From the sequence record OV876907: a DNA stretch of 64,000 nucleotides, one strand, 5' to 3'. This DNA comes from Escherichia phage UGJNEcP3. A program made the position numbers and the translations under genes. Positions 17,559 to 27,900 of this stretch are shown in pieces. Below the pieces are notes generated by a model that worked only from the letters and a program-made list of their open reading frames with translations, had not been told where the DNA came from and made no database searches. The first letter of the stretch is position 1, and the number at the start of each line of letters is the position of its first letter.

Positions 17559-20270
17559 TTAAAAGTCAAACATGTCAAATAATGTTGCTTTTTTCTCGTA
17601 GTCGATTTTAGCAGACTCGGTGAAACCGGTAAGAGGTTTGATAAAGGTCTTTTGGAACAATACGTTGTAGTCCATCCAACGGAGGACTTGGTCACGAATC
17701 TGAACTGGAAGTTCAATACCTGATGGCCATGCCATACAAGCTTCACCGAACGGGTTGCCTTCTTTAAGTGGAAGTACATATACCTTTTCACCGTCGACGA
17801 TACGTGGCATAGTCAAATCACCAGCAGAAGCACGCATGTAAGCTAAGCAACCTTTGATGTGATACGGGCATTTAGAACCAGGGAATCCACCTTCATTATA
17901 TTTCTCGATGTTGTTAGCACTGGATACTGCTGCAATGCTTACATAGTTTAGTTCGTTAAATTCCTTATTAAACTGTTTGAAATATTCTTGCAAAGAGGCC
18001 TCGCCTTCCTGAAGCATACGACGGATACATTCTTTCAGAGCTTTCTGAACTGCTTTAGGTGTACTTGATTTCTGAGTTTCGAGACCCATGATTTTCAAGT
18101 GTGGTTCAGCATAACGAGTACCTTCCATGTCCCAAACGTTCAGTGCATAACGTTTCTTGCCTGTCCAGAATCCACCAAGACCTTTAGAACCAAGTGGAGG
18201 TCCTGCGATAGCTTCTCGGTCCATGAACATCAAGTGCTGTTTGTTGTTCATGTATTCACACATCTCACGGAAGCCTGCATCAATAGCAGGTTCCATACGT
18301 TCACGTGCAAATTTATCTAAGAAGTCGACCCAGTGGTTAGTATCACGGAATTTTTCTTCGCCAACTTTATTGATGATGGCATCTGCCTTAACATAAATGG
18401 AGTCAGTATCACCATAGAGCACGAACTTCTGGTTTTCAGTCTTGCACACTCTATTCAGATATTCGTTAACCTTACGTTCAATCCATTGGAGGGCCATTTG
18501 ACCAAACAGTGTGATTGCAGTTGCGTTCCTGAGGTCATAATAACGGAACCATACGTTACCAAGTGCACCATAAAGGGAGTTGATAAGCAACTTACGGTTA
18601 ATCTGAGCAGTGTTACCTGCAACTTCAGTGAGCTCGGCTTTCTTCAACATTTCTCTTAAAGAAGGCCCTGACAGTGCTTTAATCTGGGCTTTGATTTCGT
18701 CAGAGAAGTCAAAACGATAATCGATATCTAGTGGACTATCAACTGAGAGATTAGGATTTTCCAATGCTTCTTTAATTAACTCACCATTACGTTGAGCTGC
18801 AAGCATGTAACCTTTATGTTCTTTACGCTGCAAGAATACCTTGGTGATTTCTGTCGGAATCACACCTTCACGGTCTTTATAATACATCATGCCGTTAGGA
18901 GAGCAACTGTAGGTGTCGCTAGGACGCTGAGCAGTTCCGGCAATATATTCATGTATCGGTGCGTTGGCGAATGTCCCTGCGATGGTCTCTGGGCTTATAT
19001 TCACTTGCCGAATGATACTCGGGTACAGAGATGTAAGGTCAAAACTCATTACATATTTGTAAGCGTTAGGAATAGGTTCCTTAACGAAAGCACCAGGATA
19101 AGGTTGGACCACGTGTGAACGACCCTGTGGAATTACCTTGCCTTGTTCTTTAAGACTATTAAAGATAATAGCGTCCCAAGTCTTAATTGGACTGAACACC
19201 GACTGAATCTGCATCTTGGCATAATAACCCATGTCCAAACTCAGAAGAATGAACTGACGTTTCATATCAATCTGCACTACACGATATACGTCGATAATGT
19301 TATAGGAAATATATCGTTGGTGGTTCGTCTCACGTAACTTAGAGATTGGACCATCATATTTCAACTTACCTACTTTCAATTCATATTCAGAAACATAATC
19401 CAGAGAATAAGAAGGCTGGTTGGTAAAGCTGAATTTTTTATACAGGTCGATATAATCCAGAACAGAGATACCGAACAGTGTAATAATTTCACGAGCACCG
19501 TACATGTTCTCAATAACTTTAACACGAGTTTTACGATGCGGGCTTAATCGCTTAGCAGTGTTCTCACCGAACAGATTTTTCAGACGGTTATAAACGTACG
19601 GCACGTCAAATGACTCAACGTTCCACCCAGTCAAAATCACAGGAGTTTTCTGTTGCCAGAAATTCAGGTACTCAAGCATCATTTCTTCTTCAGAATTAAA
19701 CGAAAGATAAACGATTTTGTCAATGATTTCCTGTGGAACTTCGTCACCACCTTCGTCTTGGAGTTTCTCAGCGATTTTAATCGACCACTCTTCAACAGTA
19801 CCATAAGGCGAAACTAAAAGGTCGAATACATAGAATTTATCGTCAATCGAGTCGTAGTGGGTAATGGCATCGATAGGATGTTTAGCCTGAGCTGGTTCAG
19901 GGAATCCATCAGGAGATGTTACCTCGATGTCGAAGTTAGCAATACGAATCTTAGAAGAATCATATTTGATTTCTTTACGATAGGTATCAGACAAATAGGC
20001 TAATTTATAGTCGTCCATACCCAGGGCTTCGAGACCCATATCGTCCATACGTTTCATCCATTGGGATGCATCACGCATAGAGTCGAATTCTTTCTTAACA
20101 CAACCCTTACCATAGATATCAATGTATTTTACGGCTTGCTCTGGATTGGCATGCATAAACATTGTAGGCTTGTATGGAACTTCACGACTACGTTCGTTAC
20201 CATTTTTATCGATGTAACGTTCGAGAATATTATCACCGATTTGTTCGACTGTCAAATAGAATTCTTGCAT
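17559..20270 (-). CDS. 43: DNA polymerase (gene 43, family B)
   Basis: exo motif FDIE, DLTSLYPSII, KLLINSLYG, YGDTDS; track ORF starts at a TTG 60 nt upstream; ATG at 20270 with SD AAGGAAA matches T4 N-terminus. Confidence 0.9.
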   Translation of the reverse strand: MQEFYLTVEQIGDNILERYIDKNGNERSREVPYKPTMFMHANPEQAVKYIDIYGKGCVKKEFDSMRDASQWMKRMDDMGLEALGMDDYKLAYLSDTYRKEIKYDSSKIRIANFDIEVTSPDGFPEPAQAKHPIDAITHYDSIDDKFYVFDLLVSPYGTVEEWSIKIAEKLQDEGGDEVPQEIIDKIVYLSFNSEEEMMLEYLNFWQQKTPVILTGWNVESFDVPYVYNRLKNLFGENTAKRLSPHRKTRVKVIENMYGAREIITLFGISVLDYIDLYKKFSFTNQPSYSLDYVSEYELKVGKLKYDGPISKLRETNHQRYISYNIIDVYRVVQIDMKRQFILLSLDMGYYAKMQIQSVFSPIKTWDAIIFNSLKEQGKVIPQGRSHVVQPYPGAFVKEPIPNAYKYVMSFDLTSLYPSIIRQVNISPETIAGTFANAPIHEYIAGTAQRPSDTYSCSPNGMMYYKDREGVIPTEITKVFLQRKEHKGYMLAAQRNGELIKEALENPNLSVDSPLDIDYRFDFSDEIKAQIKALSGPSLREMLKKAELTEVAGNTAQINRKLLINSLYGALGNVWFRYYDLRNATAITLFGQMALQWIERKVNEYLNRVCKTENQKFVLYGDTDSIYVKADAIINKVGEEKFRDTNHWVDFLDKFARERMEPAIDAGFREMCEYMNNKQHLMFMDREAIAGPPLGSKGLGGFWTGKKRYALNVWDMEGTRYAEPHLKIMGLETQKSSTPKAVQKALKECIRRMLQEGEASLQEYFKQFNKEFNELNYVSIAAVSSANNIEKYNEGGFPGSKCPYHIKGCLAYMRASAGDLTMPRIVDGEKVYVLPLKEGNPFGEACMAWPSGIELPVQIRDQVLRWMDYNVLFQKTFIKPLTGFTESAKIDYEKKATLFDMFDF

Positions 20271-20330
20271 TTCATTTCCTTTATAGACGAGTGATTGTCT
20301 TTTGTTTGTTGATGAATCATTATACTCCAA

Positions 20331-20348
20331 AAGGGACCGAAGTCCCTT
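20331..20348 (-). other. stable RNA hairpin (8-bp stem, UUCG-type loop) followed by TGGAGTATAATG
   Basis: AAGGGAC-CGAA-GTCCCTT; between small upstream ORF and gene 43 leader. Confidence 0.5.
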
Positions 20349-20351
20349 TGC

Positions 20352-20567
20352 TTAAATTTCTATTGTTTGACGTTTAATGGTTGAATTACCATCTTCGTCT
20401 TTAGTTTTAATCATAGCCTGGAAGACTTGCTGACCGGGGTGTAGTAACTTTTGGAGGTCCTTTTGAAATTCTATTTGGAGCTCTTCGGAAAGGTCAAAAA
20501 TCGTTTGAGTTGGAGAAAGTCCGTATACCTCTTTAAGACGTTCACACGTTTCAATTTCAAGAATCAT
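20352..20567 (-). CDS. hypothetical protein (71 aa)
   Basis: track ORF overlaps regA; ATG at 20567 directly after regA stop. Confidence 0.3.
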   Translation of the reverse strand: MILEIETCERLKEVYGLSPTQTIFDLSEELQIEFQKDLQKLLHPGQQVFQAMIKTKDEDGNSTIKRQTIEI

Positions 20568-20568
20568 A

Positions 20569-20931
20569 TTAATTACCAATGGTATACTTAGACAGTAGTT
20601 CCCAGTCATTTTTCTGCTTAAAGGAAATGACACGGAAGTTATTGGTGATTTCGAACAGCTCAGAGTCGTCTACGATATCAATCAGTCCCCACTCCTTAAG
20701 AAGCTGAGCAATTGAATCTCGACGTTGATAGTCTTCACCATCGATATCAACCTGGCGGCCATCCATACGTAACATCTCTTTAAAGTGGACGATATAATAT
20801 AGCCCTTGCTTTTGCAAAATGTGACAAGATTGATATAGTTTCTTTTCTTTATTATTAGCGATACCCATACGAGTTAGGGTCTCTTTCACTTTCAAGAAGT
20901 CTTCAGGTTGTTTCAGAGTAATTTCAATCAT
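20569..20931 (-). CDS. regA: translational repressor RegA
   Basis: 120 aa, MIEITLKQPEDFLKVKETLTRMGIANNKEK... matches T4 RegA as recalled. Confidence 0.8.
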   Translation of the reverse strand: MIEITLKQPEDFLKVKETLTRMGIANNKEKKLYQSCHILQKQGLYYIVHFKEMLRMDGRQVDIDGEDYQRRDSIAQLLKEWGLIDIVDDSELFEITNNFRVISFKQKNDWELLSKYTIGN

Positions 20932-20937
20932 TTTAAT

Positions 20938-21510
20938 TTACCATTCCAATGCTTTCTTTTTCAAGTCTTTTTGTTCTTTAACATTTTTAGTTACGGATTT
21001 CAGGAATTCGTCCGTAACCAACCCTTTCATCTTCTTAAGCACCGCCGGAAGATGGCCTTTAATTTTATAAGTCTCGAGATAACGATAAGCGTCATCATTA
21101 TTAATTGAATGGTATTTCATCAATAAACGAGTAATAAAAACTACACTAACTTCATCATCATGGGCCTTAGCCCATTTACCAAATCTCTTACCCTTAGGAA
21201 CCGCGTGTAAAAGATAGTTAAAATGACTTTGGTCATCAAGTTTCAAACAGTTAACCATTGCAGCTTGCATAATGCAATCCACATGTTGGCTCAAACTATT
21301 ATCGAGCCAAAATTGATTGTAGTTTTCCGACTGAGCCAAGTTACGTTGGTTCTTACCATATGTGATATCGTTCATAATGGCGAACAATTCGTTTTCAGCC
21401 TTTTCTTTAAATGAATCGGCCAAGGCTTGAATAGCCGCATCGTTACGTTGTTTCCAAGCAACTTCATGTTCGTTCAGTTCAACGTCATCATCAAAAAGAC
21501 TTATAGCCAT
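20938..21510 (-). CDS. 62: clamp-loader small subunit (gene 62)
   Basis: 190 aa immediately upstream of gene 44 with overlapping junction. Confidence 0.7.
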   Translation of the reverse strand: MAISLFDDDVELNEHEVAWKQRNDAAIQALADSFKEKAENELFAIMNDITYGKNQRNLAQSENYNQFWLDNSLSQHVDCIMQAAMVNCLKLDDQSHFNYLLHAVPKGKRFGKWAKAHDDEVSVVFITRLLMKYHSINNDDAYRYLETYKIKGHLPAVLKKMKGLVTDEFLKSVTKNVKEQKDLKKKALEW

Positions 21511-22460
21511 TGGAGCTCCAGAGCAAGTTGGATGAACAGATAAGTCATGTGAATTTCTGGGTTAGCAGCAATACCATGGTATTGGTTATTTTCACCGACA
21601 ATTTCATACATTCTAACAATGCTTGGCCCAGGCAATTTACCATAGAGTTCGTTAGCCAATGTCATAATAAAGTTGGCATAATCATTGACATGGCGTGGGG
21701 CTAATGCACGGAGTTCTTTAAAGTTTTTATCTTTAAGTGCAGCCACTACTTCATCGATAGGCGAATTGGTATTCATTACAATACTCAAAATGCCTGAATC
21801 GATTTTACCACCGGACGAGTAACGGTCTAGTTGGTTAACTGTTTTACGGAAGTCAGGAAAGTTTTGTTTAACTAAAGCAGCAATAACTTTAAGGTCTTCG
21901 ACTTCGATATTTTCGTTTTTACAGATTGCTACAGCACGATGAATCATTTCTTTCATCATGTTTGTTTGGTCGGCCGGAGTGGCTTCACCAAATTTAATAA
22001 CACGACAACGGGACTGAAGTGGACCGATAATACCATCAATATTGTTCGCTGTAATAATTACAGAACAGTTTGAGGAATAGGCTTCTAAGAACGAACGAAG
22101 GTGACGTTGAGCTTCAGCAACACCGGCCCGGTCGAATTCGTCGATAACAATTACCTTACGCTTACCTTCGATAGATTTAGAAGATGCAAAACGAGTAAGT
22201 TCATTACGAACGAAATCAATACGGCAGTCAGAACCGTTAACAAAAAGCATATCTGAATTTGTATCAGCACACAATGCTTTAGCTACGGTAGTTTTGCCAG
22301 TGCCTGGTGAAGCAGAGACTAGGATAATGTTAGGGATTAGGCCCTTATTAACAATGGCTTGGAGAGTTTCTTTATCATGAGCAGGCAGAATACATTCAGA
22401 TAAAGTACCCGGACGATATTTCTGCTCGAACATGAATTCATTATTATTTACTGTAAGCAT
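21501..22460 (-). CDS. 44: clamp-loader ATPase (gene 44, AAA+)
   Basis: Walker A SASPGTGKTT, Walker B VIVIDEFD; 319 aa. Confidence 0.85.
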   Translation of the reverse strand: MLTVNNNEFMFEQKYRPGTLSECILPAHDKETLQAIVNKGLIPNIILVSASPGTGKTTVAKALCADTNSDMLFVNGSDCRIDFVRNELTRFASSKSIEGKRKVIVIDEFDRAGVAEAQRHLRSFLEAYSSNCSVIITANNIDGIIGPLQSRCRVIKFGEATPADQTNMMKEMIHRAVAICKNENIEVEDLKVIAALVKQNFPDFRKTVNQLDRYSSGGKIDSGILSIVMNTNSPIDEVVAALKDKNFKELRALAPRHVNDYANFIMTLANELYGKLPGPSIVRMYEIVGENNQYHGIAANPEIHMTYLFIQLALELQWL

Positions 22461-22497
22461 ATTAATTTCCTCAGGTTTGTTTTTACATTATACTCCA

Positions 22498-22516
22498 AGG
22501 GAGGATATTCCTCCCT
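22498..22516 (-). other. RNA hairpin followed by TGGAGTATAATG upstream of gene 44
   Basis: AGGGAGGA-loop-TCCTCCCT; same arrangement as upstream of gene 43. Confidence 0.45.
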
Positions 22517-22521
22517 ATGCT

Positions 22522-23220
22522 TTAGAACGAGTGGCTTGAGCCTGCTTCCATAGCCAATACATAAGAAGCTTGTGAACCTTCAAACTTGGCTGCGAAACGA
22601 GCATCCTGACCTTCACCACGAGCCCATAGCAATACATGGTAATCAGCCGGCATCATTTTCATATTGGTTTTGTTAATGATGAACTTAAAGTCAGGGCCAT
22701 CATGGTCTGCAACCACTAAGGAATACAATGGACGTGCCAGGTCCTTATCATCAACTTGTTTGTAGCCATTGATTACAATTTTACCATTGTCTACAGTAAT
22801 AGCAAATGTATCAATACCCAGACCGGAGGACACACGCATCAACTGTTGGTAATCTTCGGCTTTAAGGTCAAAAATAACTTCAGCCACTGGGAACGGAATA
22901 GCTTTGCTTGGGAATGCTATTGTGCTTGGGTCGGCAATAGGCCACTTAATAGTTGAACGTTGGTCTTTAATAATTAAGGTGGTTTGGTCTTCACTTACCG
23001 AAACTTCAGCACTTTCAGATACTAAAGACAGAATACTTAAGAAGCCGTTCAAATCATAAATTGCAGCTTCGATATCAAAGGTATCACTTACAGTAGCTTC
23101 ACCATAACTTGCACCTGTTACTGAACGGGTTAGAATAGTGTTACCAGGTTTAAGCATGATACCTGGGTTAATACCGGAGAAGTTTTTCAGAATGTTCAGA
23201 GTTTCTTTAGAGAATTTCAT
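22522..23220 (-). CDS. 45: sliding clamp (gene 45)
   Basis: 232 aa; matches T4 gp45 as recalled. Confidence 0.8.
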   Translation of the reverse strand: MKFSKETLNILKNFSGINPGIMLKPGNTILTRSVTGASYGEATVSDTFDIEAAIYDLNGFLSILSLVSESAEVSVSEDQTTLIIKDQRSTIKWPIADPSTIAFPSKAIPFPVAEVIFDLKAEDYQQLMRVSSGLGIDTFAITVDNGKIVINGYKQVDDKDLARPLYSLVVADHDGPDFKFIINKTNMKMMPADYHVLLWARGEGQDARFAAKFEGSQASYVLAMEAGSSHSF

Positions 23221-23244
23221 AATGTTTCCTTATCAAGACAAAAA

Positions 23245-23673
23245 TTAAGCAATAACGATCATTTGTTTACGAATGGATTCAGGCAGAGATTCAATATACT
23301 CTGGAATCTGGGAAGCAACAATAGCACCGGCTTCAAGCAGTTGTTCGTCAAAATCTACGCAATAATCATCTTCGAGACGTTCAGAACCATCACGGTCGAT
23401 AACCAGTTTAGCACCTGCGGCCAGCGAATCGTTATAATGACGACGCATGATTTCTACCCACTTATCGGATACGTCGTTATCAATGATACCGTAGAGCATG
23501 AACTTGGTTTCTTGTGGAAGAGACTGCAGACGACGTGCAGAGTCGGTATCAATATTCAGTACCCATGATTTACGAATACGGTTTTGATTGTGTGGGTTGG
23601 AATCGGTACGAATGGTTTTAACTTGGATATCTTTAACAGTAATAGCGTTAGCAAACATAATATTTTCTCTCAT
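23245..23673 (-). CDS. hypothetical protein in the rpbA position
   Basis: 142 aa ORF downstream of gene 45; assignment positional only. Confidence 0.35.
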   Translation of the reverse strand: MRENIMFANAITVKDIQVKTIRTDSNPHNQNRIRKSWVLNIDTDSARRLQSLPQETKFMLYGIIDNDVSDKWVEIMRRHYNDSLAAGAKLVIDRDGSERLEDDYCVDFDEQLLEAGAIVASQIPEYIESLPESIRKQMIVIA

Positions 23674-23714
23674 TTGGTTGGTAAATGTATTATAAATCTA
23701 TATTTTAAAGCAAT

Positions 23715-23906
23715 TTAATCAAAGTACTCGTAGACAAACCATGCCGGATTTCTATTTGACATGATTTTATCATATTCTGACTTAAAAGCATTTCGGAGAT
23801 ATTCTTCAGTAACAAGATGCTCATCTCCAGAGAAGTTGTTAACTAAAACGTATCTCTTTATTTCTGGAAAGGCCAACAAATGCTGGCCTGTTATAAAATC
23901 ACTCAT
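23715..23906 (-). CDS. hypothetical protein (63 aa)
   Basis: ORF on dominant strand. Confidence 0.35.
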   Translation of the reverse strand: MSDFITGQHLLAFPEIKRYVLVNNFSGDEHLVTEEYLRNAFKSEYDKIMSNRNPAWFVYEYFD

Positions 23907-24589
23907 TATGAAGCATCCTTTAATTTACAATTATCAAAGTGCCATCGTTTCATAATGTTGTTAGAGCCAATTTTATCACAATATGGGCACTTTACAGTTG
24001 GTCTGCTTTTAGCTTTTGCAGATTGTTTGCTTTTCATAGCCTGTTTTGCTTCGTCAGACCTAGAATTAAGGGCTATAGAAATTTTATCCCTTGTTTCTTG
24101 GCTATGAGTTTTTCCGAACATAGGGTTGTTCTCAGGCAAATATGTACCATTTCTTATATTACTCTGACGAATTTTTTCTATATGTTCTTTAGATTTATTT
24201 CTTAGCTCTAGGCATTTAGATTTCTTTCTAGTTTTAAAAAGGTTTTCATAAAATGAATACGGTCTATTTTTAGCAGCTATACTCTGTTTAAGTCTGGTTT
24301 CCTCTTTTATAAAAGGTGCGGCATTACCTCCTAAAGAAATATTATATGTAAGAGGGTTCTTTATAAATTCCTCATTGACTATAATTCTTTCCATTTGGAT
24401 AGCCTCTTCTCTGGTATCAAAATTATAAAGTATTTCCTTTCTATGATTTTCCAAACCATATTTTTTAATAGAAGCTTTAATATATAAACCAGAGCCCATA
24501 TACGAATCTTTAATATTTTCAGTACTATGTATCCCTACATAGTACTTATTATTAACTAAATTTATTATTTTGTAAACAAGATGTCTCAT
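23906..24589 (-). CDS. GIY-YIG homing endonuclease (Seg-like)
   Basis: N-terminal YKIINLVNNKYYVGIHS...YMGSG...R...E...NISLGGN; basic C-terminal DNA-binding region; free-standing between 45 and 46. Confidence 0.65.
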   Translation of the reverse strand: MRHLVYKIINLVNNKYYVGIHSTENIKDSYMGSGLYIKASIKKYGLENHRKEILYNFDTREEAIQMERIIVNEEFIKNPLTYNISLGGNAAPFIKEETRLKQSIAAKNRPYSFYENLFKTRKKSKCLELRNKSKEHIEKIRQSNIRNGTYLPENNPMFGKTHSQETRDKISIALNSRSDEAKQAMKSKQSAKAKSRPTVKCPYCDKIGSNNIMKRWHFDNCKLKDAS

Positions 24590-26283
24590 TATTCTAATAC
24601 TGTAAAGCGGCCAACCTTCTTCATTTGTAAATGTTGTCCATACGATTGTGGGTCATGGTCTTTGTGTGAAATTATAAAGACATTAGAATCTTCCAAAGAA
24701 TTTATAATATTTGATACACCTTTAATACCTTCTGCATCAAAACTTCCATCAAAGACCTCATCAAGAATAAGAGTAGATATATTAATGCCTGAAACCTTTG
24801 AAGCAATATCTCGCCAGGTAAATAACAGAGCCACATCTATTCTAGACTTTTCACCTTCACTAAATGAAGCATAACTAAAGTCTTCGCGTCCACGCGACTT
24901 AATCGTCTCATTGAACTCTTCGTCAAGAGAAAAACTATAATCCGCCTCTAACATCTTCAAATAAGAATTTATTTGCTTATTAAAGATAGGAATGTATTTC
25001 TTAATAATGGAACCTTTAATACCAGTGTCCTTCAACATTTCTGTCAGAATTCCACGGTGATATTTTTCCATTACCAATGACGATTTGGTAGAGACGATTT
25101 TATCAAGCTCTGCTTGAAGCGTGGCAATCTCTTCGGCATTACTTACGAACTCTGCAGCCGCTTGGTCAATTAATACTTTAACCTTTTTAGCTTTCTCGAC
25201 AGCAGTAATGGCTTGCTGCTTATGAGTAGCTATCTGAGATTTAATAGCCAGCGCTTTATTACGTTGCTCGGTTACTTGGTCTTTAATAAGTTTGAGCTCT
25301 TGGTACTGCTCATTAATCTTATCCAAAGATTTTTGAAGCTCAAAGTTCTTATCCTTAATTTTAGTAAGGATGTTCCCATGTTCTTCCAATCCTTGCATAC
25401 ATGTAGGGCAGTGACCACCTGTTTCGTATAACTTAACCACCTTTGTAAAGGTTGCCATATCATTTTTGATTGCAAACCCTTTATTACTCAGGTCACTCAT
25501 GGAGTCGCTAGGGTCATCATCTACGATAACATTGAGTAATTCATCAGTCAGGAATTCTATGCTCGCTTTCGCAGTCCTGGCTTCTTTAACGAGCTCATCA
25601 TACATTAATTGTAGTCGTGCCGCATTCTCGCCGGATAATTTACGCTGACGCTCTTCGTTGTCATTATAAATTTTAATTTGCTGGGTAATAGAATCCTGTT
25701 TAACGTCTATCACCTGGATTTGGCTATTAGTCTCACGAATCAAAGATTTGTTCAACTTATCCATATCCGCTAATACAGAAACCTCTAAAAGGTCTTCCAC
25801 CAGCTTTCGACGCGCTGGGGTTGACAAACCCATGAAGGGGGTATACCCTGCCGTGCCAAGAACGACAATCTGTTTGAAGCTTGCATAGGACATTCCGATA
25901 AGCTGTTCAAATTCTGCTTGGAAGTCTTTACTGCTGGCAGATTCATCAAGACGTTCACCGCCACAAGAGATTTCAAAAACGTTCGGTTTTTGTCCGCGTT
26001 TGATATAGTATTCTTTGCCATCGTATTCCATCCACAGTTCGACCAAAAGGTCTTTCTTGTTACTTGAGTTAATCAACTGCCCTTTCTTAACATCACGAAA
26101 AGGCTTACCGAACAGAGCAAATGTTACAGCTTCAAGGAATGTTGATTTCCCTGCACCATTTTTACCAGTGACTAAGGTCTTTTGGACCTTATCAAGTTGG
26201 ATTGTAATGGGCTGCTGCCCGACCGACATAATATTTTTATACGTTACTTTCTTTAACTTAAAAGTCTTCATCGTTATAAGCAT
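24589..26283 (-). CDS. 46: recombination nuclease subunit gp46 (Rad50/SbcC-like ATPase)
   Basis: N-terminal Walker A GKNGAGKST, long coiled coil, C-terminal LILDEVFDGSFD. Confidence 0.85.
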   Translation of the reverse strand: MLITMKTFKLKKVTYKNIMSVGQQPITIQLDKVQKTLVTGKNGAGKSTFLEAVTFALFGKPFRDVKKGQLINSSNKKDLLVELWMEYDGKEYYIKRGQKPNVFEISCGGERLDESASSKDFQAEFEQLIGMSYASFKQIVVLGTAGYTPFMGLSTPARRKLVEDLLEVSVLADMDKLNKSLIRETNSQIQVIDVKQDSITQQIKIYNDNEERQRKLSGENAARLQLMYDELVKEARTAKASIEFLTDELLNVIVDDDPSDSMSDLSNKGFAIKNDMATFTKVVKLYETGGHCPTCMQGLEEHGNILTKIKDKNFELQKSLDKINEQYQELKLIKDQVTEQRNKALAIKSQIATHKQQAITAVEKAKKVKVLIDQAAAEFVSNAEEIATLQAELDKIVSTKSSLVMEKYHRGILTEMLKDTGIKGSIIKKYIPIFNKQINSYLKMLEADYSFSLDEEFNETIKSRGREDFSYASFSEGEKSRIDVALLFTWRDIASKVSGINISTLILDEVFDGSFDAEGIKGVSNIINSLEDSNVFIISHKDHDPQSYGQHLQMKKVGRFTVLE

Positions 26284-26521
26284 CCTTGATGCATGATTCA
26301 GCCATATGAATTAATGTTTCTGGAGTATCATCTACCATTACATTAAAGCTAAATTCTACAGCCCAATCGGTAGCAACATAAACTTTAATAAGCTCGCCGG
26401 TATCACGAGTGCTCACGGCTTCAAACCAGAACTTAATTGTACTAGGTTGACCATCATCATCAATAACTATACAGTCGTGTTCCAGTTCAAGTCCCGATTT
26501 TTTGAATTCATCTAAAGTCAT
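26258..26521 (-). CDS. hypothetical protein (87 aa)
   Basis: ORF between 47 and 46. Confidence 0.4.
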   Translation of the reverse strand: MTLDEFKKSGLELEHDCIVIDDDGQPSTIKFWFEAVSTRDTGELIKVYVATDWAVEFSFNVMVDDTPETLIHMAESCIKDAYNDEDF

Positions 26522-27540
26522 CGTGTAACCTCATTATAAAGTTGTGCAGCCATAGTCTTAAGGGCTTTAACATCGGCTTCAGTGTGGCCATCAGGAAGGG
26601 CATCGATATAATCATACATCATATCCAAGAGGGATTTAACTTCGTCTTCCTCTTCAGAATCATCAATATCAACACTATTATCTACCTTAGACACAATACG
26701 TAAAGAGTGAACAACCTTTTCAAGCTCTGATTCGAACTTAGTAAGACCGTCATCGATTTTATCGACTATAACACGAACTGCGATATTTGTAAAATCTTTG
26801 TAATCGATAGTCTCGTTAGGATAATGAATCTTACGATGCCAACAGGTTTCATTAATGATGAAATCCATTTTATGAGTTTCGGTATCGAAAATCCAGAAAC
26901 CACGAGGGTCGTTCTCATCGCCTGCAGTAAGGGTCCATGGCGTACCAATGTACTTGACGTTTGCTGCATCAGAAATGGTGTGGAAGTGGCCAGACCATAC
27001 TTGCTTATACTTCTTAAGGAAATCAGGTTCTAAACCATGTGATTTCATTCCTTTATAGAAATAGAAACCATTTAATTCCCAGTGGCCAATACAGAAATCT
27101 GCCGTGGTATTTTTGATATGGTCCATGATATCAGTGGTGTTTTCTTCACACATCCATGGAATCAAATCAATTTCGGTGCCATCAAAGTTAACCGTAGTAG
27201 GTTTCTCAATAACCTTGATATGGTCATATTTACCCAGAACTTCAGAAGCTGCGTTCGGCGTCAGGGTATTTTTGTAGTGGGCATCATGGTTACCAACGAC
27301 CGTATACATGGTAATGCCACTTTCTTTAAGCAAATCAGAGATTTCGCGAGCGAATTCCATACACTTATGGGTAATTGCTTTACGAACGTCAAAGATATCA
27401 CCGTATTGAATCCACACGGTAATACCATTTGCTTTAGAATAATTGATAGCGTCTTGGATACCTTGACGTTGGATATTTTGTACCCACACATCATCGGCCT
27501 TCACTCCAAGGTGCCAGTCACCTGTGTTTAATATTTTCAT
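26518..27540 (-). CDS. 47: recombination nuclease subunit gp47 (Mre11/SbcD-like)
   Basis: phosphoesterase motifs GDWHLG, GDIFD, GNHD, GHWE, GHFH; track ORF begins at upstream TTG; ATG at 27540. Confidence 0.85.
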   Translation of the reverse strand: MKILNTGDWHLGVKADDVWVQNIQRQGIQDAINYSKANGITVWIQYGDIFDVRKAITHKCMEFAREISDLLKESGITMYTVVGNHDAHYKNTLTPNAASEVLGKYDHIKVIEKPTTVNFDGTEIDLIPWMCEENTTDIMDHIKNTTADFCIGHWELNGFYFYKGMKSHGLEPDFLKKYKQVWSGHFHTISDAANVKYIGTPWTLTAGDENDPRGFWIFDTETHKMDFIINETCWHRKIHYPNETIDYKDFTNIAVRVIVDKIDDGLTKFESELEKVVHSLRIVSKVDNSVDIDDSEEEDEVKSLLDMMYDYIDALPDGHTEADVKALKTMAAQLYNEVTR

Positions 27541-27680
27541 AAGCCGAGCACCGTTATCGCAATGCAAAATAAAATTATTGAGATGAACCCATCAGGAGTA
27601 GAAAAGAATCCTATCCAACAGGCTCGTGTGAATGTGTAGAATGCCATGAATAACACGACATATCCTAAAAGTAATTCCAT
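27537..27680 (-). CDS. small hydrophobic protein (47 aa)
   Basis: SD GAGGAG + ATG; stop overlaps gp47 ATG. Confidence 0.3.
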   Translation of the reverse strand: MELLLGYVVLFMAFYTFTRACWIGFFSTPDGFISIILFCIAITVLGL

Positions 27681-27723
27681 ATGTTCTCCTCAGTTGGTTC
27701 ATTTTATCATCCGAATATAAAGC

Positions 27724-27745
27724 AAAAAAGGAGCCTAAGCTCCTT
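27724..27745 (-). terminator. intrinsic terminator-like hairpin
   Basis: AAGGAGC-CTAA-GCTCCTT followed by U-run on minus strand. Confidence 0.5.
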
Positions 27746-27900
27746 TACCAATTAATACGCCATACAGAGGTTCATGAGAAGACCTGAACTTGATAGGCTT
27801 ATAGGTAATAGTACCTTCATTTTCCGCTTTAATACGAGCAGCTTCAAATTTAAGTATCATCTCATTTTTGTCAGATTTAATCTTATCAAAATCCATCGAA

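Noticed and set aside
17559-20330. ORF-track N-terminal extensions of gene 43 (to 20330), gene 47 (to 27567), nudE (to 51479) and others
   Set aside because: The track start codons are TTG/GTG upstream of the conserved N-terminus; internal ATGs with good SD sequences match T4 protein lengths, so the extensions were trimmed.
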